41,574 nucleotides of DNA from Nemertoderma westbladi (GCA_032718475.1 JAUCBJ010007591.1:1-41574); one strand, 5' to 3'. Positions 1-13,720 are shown, numbered from the stretch's first letter. Program-made: numbers and translations. The notes: a model not told the origin generated them from the sequence alone.

Positions 1-454
1 TATCAAAGTTAATGCATCAGCAGTTAGTGGATTGAGACTTTGACATGGTTAACATTTCTCTTATCGCGATCAGTCTTATCATTTCTCTGTCCCACTTTAT
101 TTCCCGGTTGCAATGGAACTCTTTGCATATCCCTTTGCATTTGCAGGCATTGGTATACAGAACCCATCTAATTATGTCGACCAATTAACACATTGAAATC
201 ACAGGGGAGACTGGATTGTGTCATTTGCAAGTGGCAAAACTTACATTCTCTGTGAAAGCAATTTTATTAAAATGCATACAGCACTGCATTGCACCACCAC
301 CGCCCCCGATGCACTCTATCTTATTTAGTATTTATTTAATCCGATCAAATTGCTTTTCAAACTACTCGAAACTGCCCTGAACGGCATCACTTGTGAACAA
401 ACACCAAATGATATTCATTCTTGTCAAACACACTTTCCAGATTGTTGCCATGTA

Positions 455-590
455 TACCTGGTGGTCATGGTCGTGGTCACTGCCACGGTCGTGGTCACTA
501 TTGTGGTTGCTGTCGCTGTTGCAGTCTCGCTGCTGCAGTTGCAGTTTGTTGTCGTCGTCATGGTCGCTGTCAGGGTCGCGGTGCGGTAAC
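455..590. repeat. Degenerate 3/6-mer low-complexity repeat (GTGGTC/GTCGCT-like)
   Basis: Periodic GTN units that give low-complexity ORFs in several frames. Confidence 0.6.
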
Positions 591-689
591 CACAGTGGTA
601 CACTCGTGCAGCTACAAATAAATGGAACAGTTACAAATATACTCATCATTGAAGAACTTCACTTATCTGTTGTGAGCTTTATTCAGATA

Positions 690-930
690 GGGGGGGACTT
701 TCGACGCAATAAAATTCATCCCTCTCCAGGGGAAATTCGACGCAAATAACAGCTGATTACTCTCAAAAATAAAACTGTAACCTGTTCCATCCTGCTTAGT
801 TTATTGTTTTGGTTAAAATAACGTGCCACTGTAACCTGCTCCTTTCCCTAAATTGAGAATTTAACATTGAGGCGGGATATTAATTCGCCAAGTTGGGATA
901 TGCATCCAGTCCCCCCCCCCCCCCCCCCCC
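690..930 (+). mobile_element. MITE-like non-autonomous element, copy 1
   Basis: About 240 bp highly similar to 4290-4530. G-run/C-run termini with decayed terminal inverted repeats. Confidence 0.75.
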
Positions 931-2245
931 TCTCGCTTTATTACGAAGTGTTGTCAATTTTTTAACCTGTTCTCTATAAGGTACAGAATCCCCCACCATC
1001 TGCCACAAATCATAAATCAGGAATACTAATAATAATTCTCATATGATGCCCCTTCAATATATTATACACACAGTAAACCTCTATAGGCCTATATAAGGAC
1101 ATGAATGATCAAACAGCAATCAGTAGCCCAAATTGATAATCAAAGATTCACAAATCGATACAATTTCCCATTAGCCAACATGATGCTTTGTATAGTTTGT
1201 ACATAATAATTATCTGGGTACCTGTTCCTATCGAAAAATATCACTACTTTAATCCTTTAGTAAGAAACTATTGGTAAGAAACATTTGCAGTGACTGACGG
1301 CTTATCATAGAGTAGGAGTGATCCATTAGTTTAGCCCCATTGGTTAGGGTATGTACAGTTGATCTACTAGAAATTAAAATTGGCTGACCAAATTTGATGA
1401 ACCTTTCTGTCTAGGGATTAATGGTTATTGTTTATTTAGTGTGTACTACATTACATATTAACATAATATATCAACCACACCACTAGAATGCATTGTCAGC
1501 TGCCTCATCATTAACTGAATGGAATTGTGAGGTCCGATTGAGCATGTATAACGAATTTATGCAATATGTTAAATTAGTCTACTTTCATTTTGATGTTGTC
1601 TATGACGCACTAAATCGATCATTGCGATTAGAATCCTAATCGTGATTATGTGTTTTCAATGGAGGTGATAATTGTTTCGTAAATGCGCTTGTATGGGATT
1701 ATGATTTCAGTTCGAATGAGCATACTCTCTGTGCCATATGAGTATAGAAAGTTTGTCATGGTTTGACAGGATATGTAGAATATCCATTAAATACCACGCA
1801 TAGGGGTCAATGTTGAGTCGACTTGGGGCCCATGTCCCATTTCATCAAAAATTGAATTTATTGGATATGTTTTACCATAGAATCGCATCTTTTTATCCTT
1901 AGGCAAATCTGATTTCCTTTTTTATGGCCCAGCCTACGTGTAACACAGTTCATGATCGGCCATGTAAATTCTCAATTCTTCTGCATTACTAAGACTAAGG
2001 CACCCTATACTGGCCAATTCCAAATTAGCAAGCGAATATTACTAAGGCACAGAATAATCAAGGCTCAAAATCACTAAGGCTGCCAAAGATGTGGCTAAGT
2101 CAGAATTTAAGTCTTAATCTTGGTCCCTGAAAAGGTTTCTGATATTCTACAGGAGCTTACCAATCAGCAGGTTGTCAGCATCTGTGCCAGTCAGTCCAAT
2201 CATGGAAATCGGATCTGGGACATTTTGTCATGTGACTCTTCATCC

Positions 2246-2375
2246 ATGGACTATTCGTCCCTGGACTATTCGTCTCAGGGATGAAAAGTCTGGCACAAAA
2301 AGTCCTTCGGGACGAAAGGTCTGGGGACAAATAGTCTGGAACGAATGGTCGTAATGAAAAGTCCTGGTCCATATA
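2246..2375. repeat. Foldback-like element made of about 15-bp subrepeats in inverted arrangement
   Basis: GGACTATTCGTC units followed by inverted GACGAAAAGTC/GACAAATAGTC-like units, bounded by ATGGAC...GTCCAT. Confidence 0.55.
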
Positions 2376-2439
2376 CCATGGAGATCAATCAACTTAGCGC
2401 CAGATATACCCCTGGGGTCTTTATAAAATGCCTGAGTGT

Positions 2440-3380
2440 TTGGATGAGTGCGTCATAAGAAATGAAAACGAGTGAGTTGGTCCCCATACCCAAGAAGGGC
2501 AACTAAAAACTTAGGATCTTTGCATAGAAATTTGTTGATCTCTATTGTTGCAAAGCTACAATATAGTTAGTTATATTAAATTACATTACACCAGGGATCC
2601 TATTGTCAACTAAGAGTTAGAAATCTGGCTGTTGTCTTTGTTGGCTTCGATACATTCTCTCAATCATGTATGATCAGTATACTTGAATCATATTGGACTC
2701 AGGAAATTATTGCTGCAATCAGATCACTATGTTTTAGGGTGAGTCCTCCAGGGCGAAGCACTTTGCACGATTCTTATCCATAATTATGGCTGATTATATT
2801 TTACACATATCCTTAGATCCTATATCTGATGAAGCACCGCCAGTCGGTACGAAATATATTATAATACTGTTATAATCTCGCAACAAATTTAATTATATTT
2901 ATATCCTTAGACCATCATAGTGACAATGCATCATATGCAACTCCTCCTACTGTTCAAGAAGTCGAGGTCCTCCTCTACGTACCTTACTGACCAAGACTTA
3001 GTTGATGACTTGGGAGTTTTCTCAGGATGACTAGAGGGATTCCTATGGCCCCTCAGCTCATCACATTTGGGTCAGACTGCTTCTATAATTTTGGCTTTCC
3101 TATTAACTATCTTCTTATTAAGTCCCCCAAGCTTGCCACTTGAATATAGCCGCATCCACTTTGCAGGACATTGCTTTTGCATTGAGAACCAGCACATTCA
3201 CGATCTTGTACTTTGGCAGCCTCATGGGGAGATTAAGCATAATGGGCAGTCAATGACTTTCTTGAGACGCATCTTAAAGGACACTGGCCTTGAAGATGCG
3301 GATAATCTCGCAAAAGCCATGGCGGATACTGAGTTGTGGCGGTGTAATTTTGTTGATAAGACAGCATAGCATTCTTAATG
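2440..3380 (+). mobile_element. Decayed, internally deleted RTE-clade LINE fragment
   Basis: ELVPIPKKGN motif near 2475. 3' part FAGHC...LWQPHG...DKTA matches the copies at 11787 and 40159. Confidence 0.8.
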
Positions 3381-3699
3381 CTCGTTGCATTGGGCTTTCC
3401 AATTGTGAATTGCATGGTGGTGGTAAAATATTTTTGTTAAGACAGCCTATATAGAAAAAATATAATCAATATCAACTATAAAGTATAAAGTCTATATAAA
3501 CTGCCCTACCAATATTTTACAATTGACTGTAGAAGAGTCTAGTTCTAGGGAGGATTGGGTGAAACTGTTGTCACCCAGATTATTATAAGACTGATGTGTA
3601 CAGGTGCAACAGCTACCGCAACAGCAGCAGGCACGATTGGATCATCCAGAAATATTGGGGATGGCAGTTTCCTCAGCTAGGCATTAACGAGCGGATATC

Positions 3700-3900
3700 T
3701 GAACCTTAGCTGTTGCTGGGTAGTTAGAACCTGTAGTAGGTTTTCACACAATGATTCCCAATAAGAAGTAGAAGTATTTGGGCCACAGGTCACTGTTAAA
3801 CAATGCATTAACCTCTCCAACTCTGCACAGAATATAAACGATTTGTAGGTTTTGTTAACTCCCTTCAACATGCCGATTATTACGAATGGAAGGTTATCCA
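3700..3900 (-). pseudogene. Possible decayed LINE ORF1 (RRM-like) remnant
   Basis: Frameshifted YKSFIFC...NALFNSDLWPKY resembles VRSFLITC...LLLDPSIWPLY in the ORF at 39516. Confidence 0.3.
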
Positions 3901-4235
3901 CTCCTCGAGGATGGTCCACTACCATTAGTGTAATCCATTTGTGACTGTGAATCAACCACAAAACTATTAAATCAGGAGAGCCTGAACTCGGGCGAGATGA
4001 CGAAACATCCTCTATTTGAGCAACAGTTGCAGACTCAAGAAATGCACCTTTACTTCTGTTGCATTGTTGACGTTTACTCCTTGAGTGGCATTTATCTGAA
4101 ACTAAACGACTAGATTTAGAATAATTTTATAACGTAGGTTTTGGAGGAACCACCGTCGGAGGGATTCTCCAAAAGCAAATCTTCAAGACAGGAAACAGTT
4201 TTTTGAAATGGGGTAACTATTGGAGGATTCTCAAG

Positions 4236-4720
4236 AGGGGAAACTGGGCGCAAATCCCATCTTAGCGAATCAATATCCCGCCTCCAAATAGGGGGGGAAA
4301 CTGGACGCAATAAAATTTTTCCCTATCCAGGGGAAATTCGACGCAAATAACAACTGATTATTCTCGAAAATAAAACTGTAACCTGTTCTATTGTGATTAG
4401 TTTATGGTTTTGGTTAAAATAACGTGCCACTGTAACCTGCTCCTTTTCCTAAATTGAGAATTTAACATTGAGGCGGGATATTAATTCGCCAAGGCGGGTT
4501 TTGCGTCCAGTTCCCCCCCCCCCCCCCCCCTGTCTCCCCACCTCAATGTTAAATTCTCAATTTAGGGAAATGAGCAGGTTACAGTGTGGTACGTTATTTT
4601 AACCAAAACAATAAACTAAATGCAATAGAGTACAATAGTTTATTTTTTTGAGTAATCAGCTGTTATTTACGTCGAATTTCCCCTGGAGAGGGATGAATTT
4701 TTATTGCGTCCAGTTTCCCT
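4236..4720. mobile_element. Nested MITE-like pair: a plus copy (4290-4530) inside a minus copy (4236-4285 plus 4537-4720)
   Basis: TIR GGGGAAACTGGACGCAA...TTGCGTCCAGTTCCCC. The outer pieces are reverse complements of the same family and join at CCCGCCTC/CCCACCTC. Confidence 0.75.
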
Positions 4721-6319
4721 CCTTATCTACAAGAATCGTGACGTGATGTGGTCCTGCAGACCGCTCTAATCTTATTGAGGAGAAATACCATGTCTGATTC
4801 CGTATTAATCTGAGGAATAGTGGATAAATCACATGAAATAAATATCAGTTGCGGGGATAACAACTGAAACCCAGGATATTCAAACATAGGAAGTCCTGAT
4901 TTTGGACCTTTATACAAGAAGGAAAGGAAACATAACTCGACGTAAAGAATTGATTTGGCCAAAGAAGACTTTCAGTAAAGTTGCAGTTATGGGATAAAAC
5001 TACGTACATTTTACATACTGTATCCATGTAAAACATAGATTTGTTGCCGTAAGTGGTTTTCAGTGTTATTATTCTTGTATATATTTATTTTGCACTCACT
5101 CACTATTTTCGTTCGCTTAACAAACTTCGTTGGTACATGGTACATCAAAAGTATGCATAAAGTGATTACACATGTAGATCAGCACATGGAGTTTACATTG
5201 TTGATCTATGCTGCTCATTCGGCCTCAACGGTGATGCCTCGATTCAACATTAACTCGGTAAGGGTAATATTTAAGTTTCCATCATTGACTACGCAATTCC
5301 GCTAACACACCATCGATCAAACAAAGACGTTGATTTTGTCGTGTGAAACACTGACATGAAGAGGAGATTGAAGTCGAATAAATTATCGTAATACTGTCAA
5401 TCGATAATTAAAGTGACGTTGGCTACTACAATGTGGTAGAAATCCTATTATACTAGTATTGTAAATCGTTAATTAAAACTACAGCATTTTAGCTACAAAT
5501 AATAAAGGGGGTGTGGTTCAATAACAGTGTTTATATGTTGCTATTGTATACAAATTTGGAGAATATTCGCTGCACAAAGTATCTATATTAGATAGATAGA
5601 TGGGAGGCAAATATGTTGACAAAAAATCAAAAAAGTTACAGGTATGCTTTTTCGTTTAATGGCAGAATAATACTATTCAGTATTATATTGAAACAATGTC
5701 ATACTTTGAGCGATGGTATTGTGACCGCATGTTTGCTCTATTATTACAATAGTTCATCATAAGTCGATATCGTATACCGGTAGGCCATTCATTGATATTT
5801 TATTGTTACACATAAGTGGCAAGTGAAGCATAACATGTTTACTAATATAATAAAATATCAACCTTAAAAATCACAAATCAGATCCCCGGCAATGTAATCT
5901 AGGATTCCACTGCATGCGAAGCGGGTTTGTGTTTTTCAACATTGGATTGCTGTTCTTTATTTCAATTTTATTAATAATAATAGGATAATATTCATTATCT
6001 GTAGATGTTTCTACTCCCTATATTTAATAATAATGTTAACCAATCTGCATAAAATGCAGATACTTACTATACAGTATATTTTAGTATGTTTTTTAACTCG
6101 AAATATTTATAAAAATGTGTATAAATCAGTAATACGCGAATATAATAGAATATAATATAATAGAGTTAGTAGAACTTATTAACAAGTACAACATATTAAT
6201 ATAGTAAAAGCAAGTAAATGGTTAATTTAGCGCAATATATCATTAACTATTGGCAATCTCAAAAATAAAATTATAATAGTATCCAACCTATGCAAATAAT
6301 ATGCATATGTGGGCTTGGA

Positions 6320-7060
6320 AGAACTTGGTCTCCAGGTTACGGGCGACGTCTGATTTCCAGATGGTATACATTTTTGATAGAGCTATATGATGTCTTTTTT
6401 TCTAACTTATCTGCTGTTCTCTATCCATGACCCAAGGTACTACTGGAAGTCGTTAATGTTATTTAGTTTTTTTTAAAGAATCCATTAACATTAAAAGTCC
6501 TGTATTCGGTCTTCATAGCAGCATTTATATGCAATCCAACCTCCTTAGCAGCCCACTCCACTTTATTAGAGAGCAGGGCGATGTCATCCGCAAAGTCGGT
6601 GTCTGTGACTGTAGTTGCCGGATATCAACTACTTCTGCGTTCTTGTAGTGTGAATCCTAGATCTCCACCCTTTGTGGCCATCCTCATTGCATTGCATAAA
6701 TGCATAATCCAGTACAATTACAAATAGTAATGGCGCCATGTGTCACCTTGCAGTACGCCAGCCAGGATTGAGAAAAACTCAGTTTCACCATCTGGTGAGA
6801 GTACCTGAGTTTCTGTGTCACAATATAATAATCGAATGCCAGCAACGACTACTTCTGGTATTCCATAAGCTTTTAGTGCTATTTTTCCACGATTTACGGA
6901 GTTCAATGCTGCTGCCTTGAAGTCCACAAAGTTGGAACTGAGGGAAGACTCTTTGACTCTATTCCTTCAATCAATTTCCATGGGTAGTGGTTTGTCATAT
7001 ATAGTTTCCTTGTAGGGAGGGCTGAACTTGATGTTTGGTGGTCGCAGAAGTGATCTTACC
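6320..7060 (-). mobile_element. RTE-clade reverse transcriptase fragment (apparently a second family)
   Basis: AYGIP...SPDGETEFF...GVLQGDT and TDTDFADDIALLS motifs, with frameshifts. Confidence 0.85.
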
Positions 7061-10000
7061 ATTTCCCAACACGTTCTATGTTATTATCAGCTTATAGGCG
7101 CCCTTAAACATTATTATTATTAGTTTATTTCATTCGCACACGGCGACATCATAGTAAAAATGTGTACAAATTACACAATAGTTGTCATAGAGTTCCGATT
7201 TACACACAGAATATATTGCATAACAGGGACGAATGAGTAAGTACGTATAGTGGAGCGACACAATATTCAGATATAAGTTATAGTGTTACGGAATATTAAA
7301 TAAAATAGATATTATGCTTTGCATAATGCATATGTAAAAAGAAGACTCTGAACTAAACAAGTACCGATACCAAATATATATTGGACCAGAAGAGTGAGGA
7401 GAACTGAGTGCGGATAAACTCAGCCTTGTAGTTCTCGATAGTAGATATCCTTCCTGGTTGAAGTCGTTGGCTCAAGGAAGATTTGCTGTACTCATATGTA
7501 AAAAGGGATGTGATTAGAGGCATTGGGAATGCTCTTCTTGATGAATCGTAAGTGGAGAAGACACCAACATACGAATGATTGCTTCTTGGCACTTTGGCTA
7601 ACACTCGTGTGAGGGTTTGCAGGATAAGATTCGGACAATTCTTACAGCGCAGCAATATACATAGGCACTCGTGGTATGCCTCCATTGTTAATGGTCTACA
7701 GCCAATGAGGCAATATATAATTTGGTTGCTGACGTATGGTCCTAGGTGGAGGACTCCCCGGAGAGCCTTGCGGTAATACCAGTTATTCTAGAGCTGGAGT
7801 TGATAGCGCACACACTTGGAATTTAACAGTATATAAAATTGTAGGAACTGCGACAGTGCACCAGAGGTACCCAACAGTATCACAGTCCAATTTGCGACAT
7901 GTCCAGCCGTTCCTGTGGAAAATGTCAGATATGCGTGCGATTGTTTGTATACAACTTTGTAGCCGACTAGCATTGTTTGCGATTGCAACAATAGGGAATC
8001 CTAAGAATGTAAGAGAGGAGCTCGATGGTACTTAGACGCCATTTATATTTAAGAAAGTTGGAACACAATGAGTCGAGTTGCCAAGACCAAGATGAAAAGA
8101 CCACTTTGTTTTACTCTCTTCAAACTGTAGGTTAATGCTGCTGAGTTCATTAGATACAGTGTCAATTATGTTTTCAATTTCTTTCGGAGTTCTTCCTACA
8201 ATTAATATATCGTCAGCGCGTAGGAGATGATCCCAAGCCAAAACAATGATATGTTAAAACCGTATCCTTGGGAGTCTGTCTTTTCGAAGACATCACCTGT
8301 GTACATGATGAAGAGTATAGGGGATAGTATAGAGCCTTGCTTCACGCCTTTGACAAGTCTGACACCTATATTGTTGATACTGTCACCAAACTTAAGGAAA
8401 GCGATTGATGAGCGGTAATAAGCTAACAGTGATAGACAGATGTATGGATTAAGGTGCTTGGATAATTTTCCGAAGAGTATGGCATAGTCGACATTGTCGA
8501 AGGCACTACTGATATCAAGCTGACAGACATATGTTGTATTCCTCTGGAGACGCTGCTATTCAAGAAATTCCAGAATTGTACTAATTATGATATCTGACCC
8601 AATTTTCTTTTGATATGCGAGCTGCGGCAGTGGTATAAAGTCGGGGAGAGATAGAAACTCAAACATGATGACGCTCTTCATCACTTTGCTAACTACGTAT
8701 ATACTGGCAATTGGACAATAGGACCTGTGTGATAAGGCATTCCTCCCTTTTCCTTTATATAAGCTTGAAATAATTGTATACCCTAAGGTCTCAGGGACTT
8801 TGCCTAGTCTGAAGCATGTGTTGATAATGTCGGCCAGTACATTGCAAATAAAGTCCTCATCGAGACACATTATGTGTTCCACTACAAGGGAGTTGATGTC
8901 TCCAGATTTTCCTTTGGCAAGAGCCATTGTGGCGCGCTTTATGGTTGTCGGTGATAATACAGGGAATGTAGATTCTGTACATCTGTTTTGTAGATCAGAC
9001 ACCAGCTTGTCCATATTGTTGTCATACCCTGCCTACTTTATATTCAAAGCTGTTAAATTTTTTAGTATGTCGGTTTGAACTGAATCTGGTGGTTTATTGG
9101 CTTTTTTATCATTGAAAGCACCCCAGAAGGCCTTTGGGTTATTCCTAAAGGTATTTATTCGCCTTCCTCTTGATATTATCTGATGTCAGTGACTTCAGCA
9201 GCCAGTTCTTTAGTCTGCGGACACAAACGACGAGATTCCTTGTAAGCTACGCCATATAGACTAGTTTCATTCTTGTCATCTGTGCACCATAGCTCAAATA
9301 GTTTCCGGCATGTGGTTGATCTGTCTTTGAGTAAAGCTGACCGTATTCGCATATTCTTGGTTTTGCGCAATTTCCTAATTAATGGTAGAAAAATCTTCGC
9401 TGCACCATAAATACTATTTTGGACTCCGGAGACAAATTCTGTTAAGTTGTTGAGATCCCAGTTGATTGGCAACACACCCACTGAGTCATACATCCCCTTC
9501 ACCTCGCTTTGGACCTTTTGTTGATATAAAAGTAGGTGCTCATCAGTTACCTTGCCCCATGCAACCTTGATTGGTGGTGGTAGTTTTCTATACACTCCTG
9601 ATATCTTTCTGGTGTCTTTAACTTCAAATTTCATCTTGAACTTCTCAAATTTAAAGTTAGCCAAGAGTGGGACATGGTCAGATTGACATAGTGCATCATC
9701 AGAGCCAATGGTGCCTTTGACTAAACATTGATAACCTAGATTATTGGATATGATGTGATCAATGTATGAGGCTACTGCGATGAGATTATTTTCATTAAGA
9801 AAACCGTGAAGCCTGTCGCCTCGAGAGGTAGGATGATACCTACATTTATGTGGTCCTTGTAGAGGTCCAAAGTCGCAGTTAGTTGGTGTCGGACAAAATG
9901 ATAGGAATTGCAGTCTCATAAGAGTTAATTAAGTTTGTTAACCGCGCTAACAAGTTCTCGAAGGTTACAGAGGATTTTGAAGAATCAGGAGCATAGCACG

Positions 10001-10150
10001 AAAGGGCAAGCACAGATTGGCTGCAGTCTGAGGATGCAAAGATTCCTACTATATCATCTCCGCTAGATACTTTAGTGGCATTGTGGAAGGTTTCTCTTCT
10101 GTACCAGAGTGAAGTACCTCCAGCACCTCTAACTCGGTTTGGGTTGCACA

Positions 10151-11098
10151 TTAACTGATAGTATATACACATTCAAACTTGTTATGTAGATTTGGCAGTA
10201 GTTCCTTGGCCTCAAGTGCATCGAGCCAATGTTCCTGTACAGCGAATACATCAGTTTCTTCCAATAACTGTGAAATTTTATCAGAGCTAGAATGGAATCC
10301 CCGGCAATTGAAACTCCCAGTCCAGAGGTGAAAGTGATTGCAGTAGTCATTACTTGTATCACATAATGAACCTGATTGCTGGATTGGAGTGTTAAAGACG
10401 TTGCTTATAGGGCTGCCTCTGGAAATGACTGTGTGGTTTACGTTGGTACAGACCAGTCTGTATGTATGACTAGATGTTTGTTTCCCTGTGAATTCATGCT
10501 GATGTCTATTGGCACGGCTGTGTGTGATCCATTTGCAACACCGAACTCCATCAGACCAGAAAGAGTCACTGCAGACAGTGTCATGATTAAACATATCGAC
10601 TGTGATCCTTATACTCACAGTCCTTCCTTGTGTGCGAATTGGCTTCACTCGATAAATATCAACATTTTTCGCGACTAGATAATCCTCAATGTCCATTGGG
10701 TTGTACTGTCTTGGTATGCCAGTTACATATAAGTATGTGTATAGATGGTGGAGGGTTGATTGTGTTGTGTTACCTTGGCGTCTATGGCCATTATTGATAT
10801 ATGGCCTTTGGGCCTGATGTTGCTGATGTGTTTGTTTTCGGAAGTGGTTAGCTCTGATTTGAGTCGCAAAGGTGTTCGGCGGGTTATGAGAATGACCTGC
10901 ACGATGTGCTCCGCTAATTTGTTTGTTGTTATTGATTTTCTGATTTGCCAGTGTATCTCTAATGTTGTTCGTAGGATCATGATCGATGTCATTCCCTGCT
11001 ATATCATTGTCTGCATCACTCAAGGTTATATAGCTTGTGGAAGAATTTGATGGTGTCTCAGAGTTGGTTTCACAGTTGTCCCACTTATTAGGCACCAT
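10151..11098 (-). pseudogene. LINE ORF1 C-terminal RRM-like domain reading in frame into the APE endonuclease
   Basis: LYVTGIP...DIEDYL...SIRITV...FWSDGVRC, then WTGSFNCRG...QEHWL in the same ORF. Confidence 0.8.
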
Positions 11099-11786
11099 GC
11101 TGGAGCTCTATCGACTGTTACCAGTAAGTTCCGATAAGCAAGCATACCCATTGCTGATGAGTATAGATGATGCTGACTTTGACTTAGCGCAGTATGCATC
11201 ATTAGTGCCTTCCACATTTGGTTTGAAGGCGTTCCTTGCCTTTGGCTTAGTCCATTTATTAGTTTTATTAATCGGTTGGCTAATGGGGGTATCGTTTGTA
11301 ACTTCTTCATCACAAGTGGAGTAAACATCGTTTGATAACATGTGGTTTTTATGTGCCATACAGTGTTGGACTATGTGTTATTCAGTTGGTCCTGCAAAAC
11401 AATTCATGCATGCCTCTCTTGGTACAATTCAACCTTTAGGTTAGTGATATCCTGTTTGAGAGCATCATTTTATGTCTCTACTTTACACAATCTGGACTGG
11501 ATTAGTTCGACAGCTTGTGTTAAGTCTAATTTGAGTTGGTCGTATCCAGAGCTAGATGATCCCGTCACAGTGATTGGTAACAATCGCTTTCTACAGATCT
11601 CATGGAACGTTCCATCTTTCATGCAGGAGAGAAGTTCATATATATCTACAGCAAGTTCTTTAATAGAGTTCCTAGAAGAGAATCCATAGAAGACACCTTG
11701 TGTAGGATTCATTAGTTGCTTGACATCGGTAAAAAGAGCATCACGTAGGTTGGATAGGGTGATGGTACTCTCTTTGCCTAATTCCT

Positions 11787-12090
11787 AAGCCTAAGCTTGA
11801 CACTAGAACAAAATTGCCTCCGCTTTGCAGGACATTGCTTTCGCCGTGAGGACCAGCCAGTGCATAATCTTGTACTTTGGCAGCCTCATGGAGTGAATAA
11901 GCATGGTGGACAGCCCATGACTTTCTTGAGACGCATCTTAAAGGACACTGGCCTTGAAGATGCGGATGATCTAGCAAATGTCATGGGTGATAGGGAGTTG
12001 TGGCGGTGCAATTTTGTTGACAAGCCGGCACAGCATTCTTAAAAATGCAGCTGCAATGCAGCATGCCGATCCTAGTAGTAGTAGTAGTAG
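11787..12090 (+). mobile_element. 5'-truncated RTE insertion with (TAG)n tail, inside the LINE
   Basis: TSD (G)CCTAATTCCT at 11776-11786 and 12090-12100. Removing the insert restores the host frame KTLKELG-KESTITL. Confidence 0.92.
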
Positions 12091-12267
12091 CCTAATTCCT
12101 TCAGAGTCTTTTTCTTAGTGTCATTCAGTAGCCTGGAGAGGTCAAACACCTTGTAGGATGGAAATTTGTACGATGGTTGGTAGTTGGCTCTCACATGAGC
12201 TGCGGAGATTTGTGGGTGTGGATGAACTTTGACTCTCTGTGTATCTATTCCTACTTCTGTGGTTGTC

Positions 12268-13338
12268 TCAAAAGGGATTTTTGTATTTGACATCCATGAG
12301 TATCCCTTTAATCCAAGAACGAGCAGATTCTGATTGTAGAAGATTGTCAGGTATACAGGACTTATGATGGGCCAGTGCAGCTGCATAAAGGCATATAAAA
12401 TTTCCACAGTCAAAGTGATTATCCTGAAGAGGAAAGTTGAATATCCGACTGGAATCGATACATCTCCACTTTACATGCTTGCTAGTAGTGGAGCAGTCAT
12501 GCTTTTTGTAATGATTATCCATGTTTTTAAATACATTGCATAATCTCTGAGTGATAATGTTTGGGGTACTATTCCCCAGTGGGCATAGTTTGCATATAGT
12601 CTTTGTCTGGACGTTAATAACATGCAATACATGATGTGAGTTCGAACATTCAGGAACAATAATAAACTCTATGGGGACTGATCTCTGAAATTTGATTAGG
12701 AAATAGCTTCTAGCTATGTATTTAGCTGCTGCAGCTTTATTGTAATTATGGTTAAGAAGATTCTGGGAAAGCTCATCGCTTATCCATACGACATTTTGCT
12801 GGCTGTGCTCTAACATCCAGCAGAAGGCATTCACAGCACCGTTATGTAGCCAATTCTTACCTTCTAATGAGCGTAATTCAATGTCAGTTGGTTGTGAGAC
12901 CCCATAGTAGAAGTCCTCAGTTCTAGAGGTATGAATGTTATAGGCTATAGTGTCAATTTGCTGATATATTTCTGCATTGGATGGTGGTTTGCTTGATTTC
13001 CCGGGAATAACACAGACATCATTCCCAGAGGGATTTAATGCATCAGACCAGACATTTTGGTGACTTACTATAGTGGATGTAGGTTGTGCTTCACTATTGA
13101 AGGTAATCAGATCAGCCGGTTTGTTGATCTGAATGCTGTCCCTTTCTTCCCATGTGCCATCATCTAAGAGATCATCAACAACAACTTTGTTGATGTCGAT
13201 AGCGTTTGGGGAAACAAGGATATTATCCCCGGGACATACGCTTACTGTTGGAGTGATATTTTCCATGGGACGTACAGTTACAATAGGAGTGATAATTTCC
13301 TGGCTGTGGGAGTGATATTTACCCCAGAACATACACAA
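12268..13338 (-). CDS. Ulp1/SENP-like C48 cysteine protease domain of the LINE
   Basis: WLHNGAVNAF, IIVP..SNSHHVL and QDNHFDCGNFI motifs. The expected catalytic Asp position reads LCPLG. Confidence 0.75.
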   Translation of the reverse strand: MCMFWGKYHSHSQEIITPIVTVRPMENITPTVSVCPGDNILVSPNAIDINKVVVDDLLDDGTWEERDSIQINKPADLITFNSEAQPTSTIVSHQNVWSDALNPSGNDVCVIPGKSSKPPSNAEIYQQIDTIAYNIHTSRTEDFYYGVSQPTDIELRSLEGKNWLHNGAVNAFCWMLEHSQQNVVWISDELSQNLLNHNYNKAAAAKYIARSYFLIKFQRSVPIEFIIVPECSNSHHVLHVINVQTKTICKLCPLGNSTPNIITQRLCNVFKNMDNHYKKHDCSTTSKHVKWRCIDSSRIFNFPLQDNHFDCGNFICLYAAALAHHKSCIPDNLLQSESARSWIKGILMDVKYKNPF

Positions 13339-13399
13339 TTTACTGTAGTATTGTCAGACCTTGTGAGGCTGCCATTGTAAGAACTGTCAACTGTATAGT

Positions 13400-13720
13400 T
13401 CAACGGAAAAATATTTTTACTGGACACGGAAGTAACGTGAGTGGAAATGCCGCTCACAGCATAATTGTTATTACTACAAAAATTTGAGAAAACGTGAGTT
13501 GATACGCTACTCAAAACGTTTTTGTTGGAGACATTGGGTATGGTTACGTTATTAACATTATTACTGCGATTATTGGGAATAATGTGAGTTGCTTCTCTAT
13601 GAAAACGTTATTACTGGAAAAATTAGGAATAACATGAGTTGATTCGCTACTGGTAGTGGAAATATTGGGAATGATAACGTTATTAGCATTATTACTGCAA
13701 TTAATTATTACATTATTACA
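13400..13720 (-). repeat. Degenerate tandem repeats in the 5' region of the LINE
   Basis: Recurring AACGTGAGTTGAT/AACATGAGTTGAT-like and ACGTTATTARCATTATTACTGC units. Confidence 0.55.

Noticed and set aside
350-749. Overlapping ORFs in several frames
   Set aside because: By-products of a low-complexity repeat with no domain signal.
4723-5305. Short ORFs as possible host exons
   Set aside because: No motif similarity or convincing splice-site pair.
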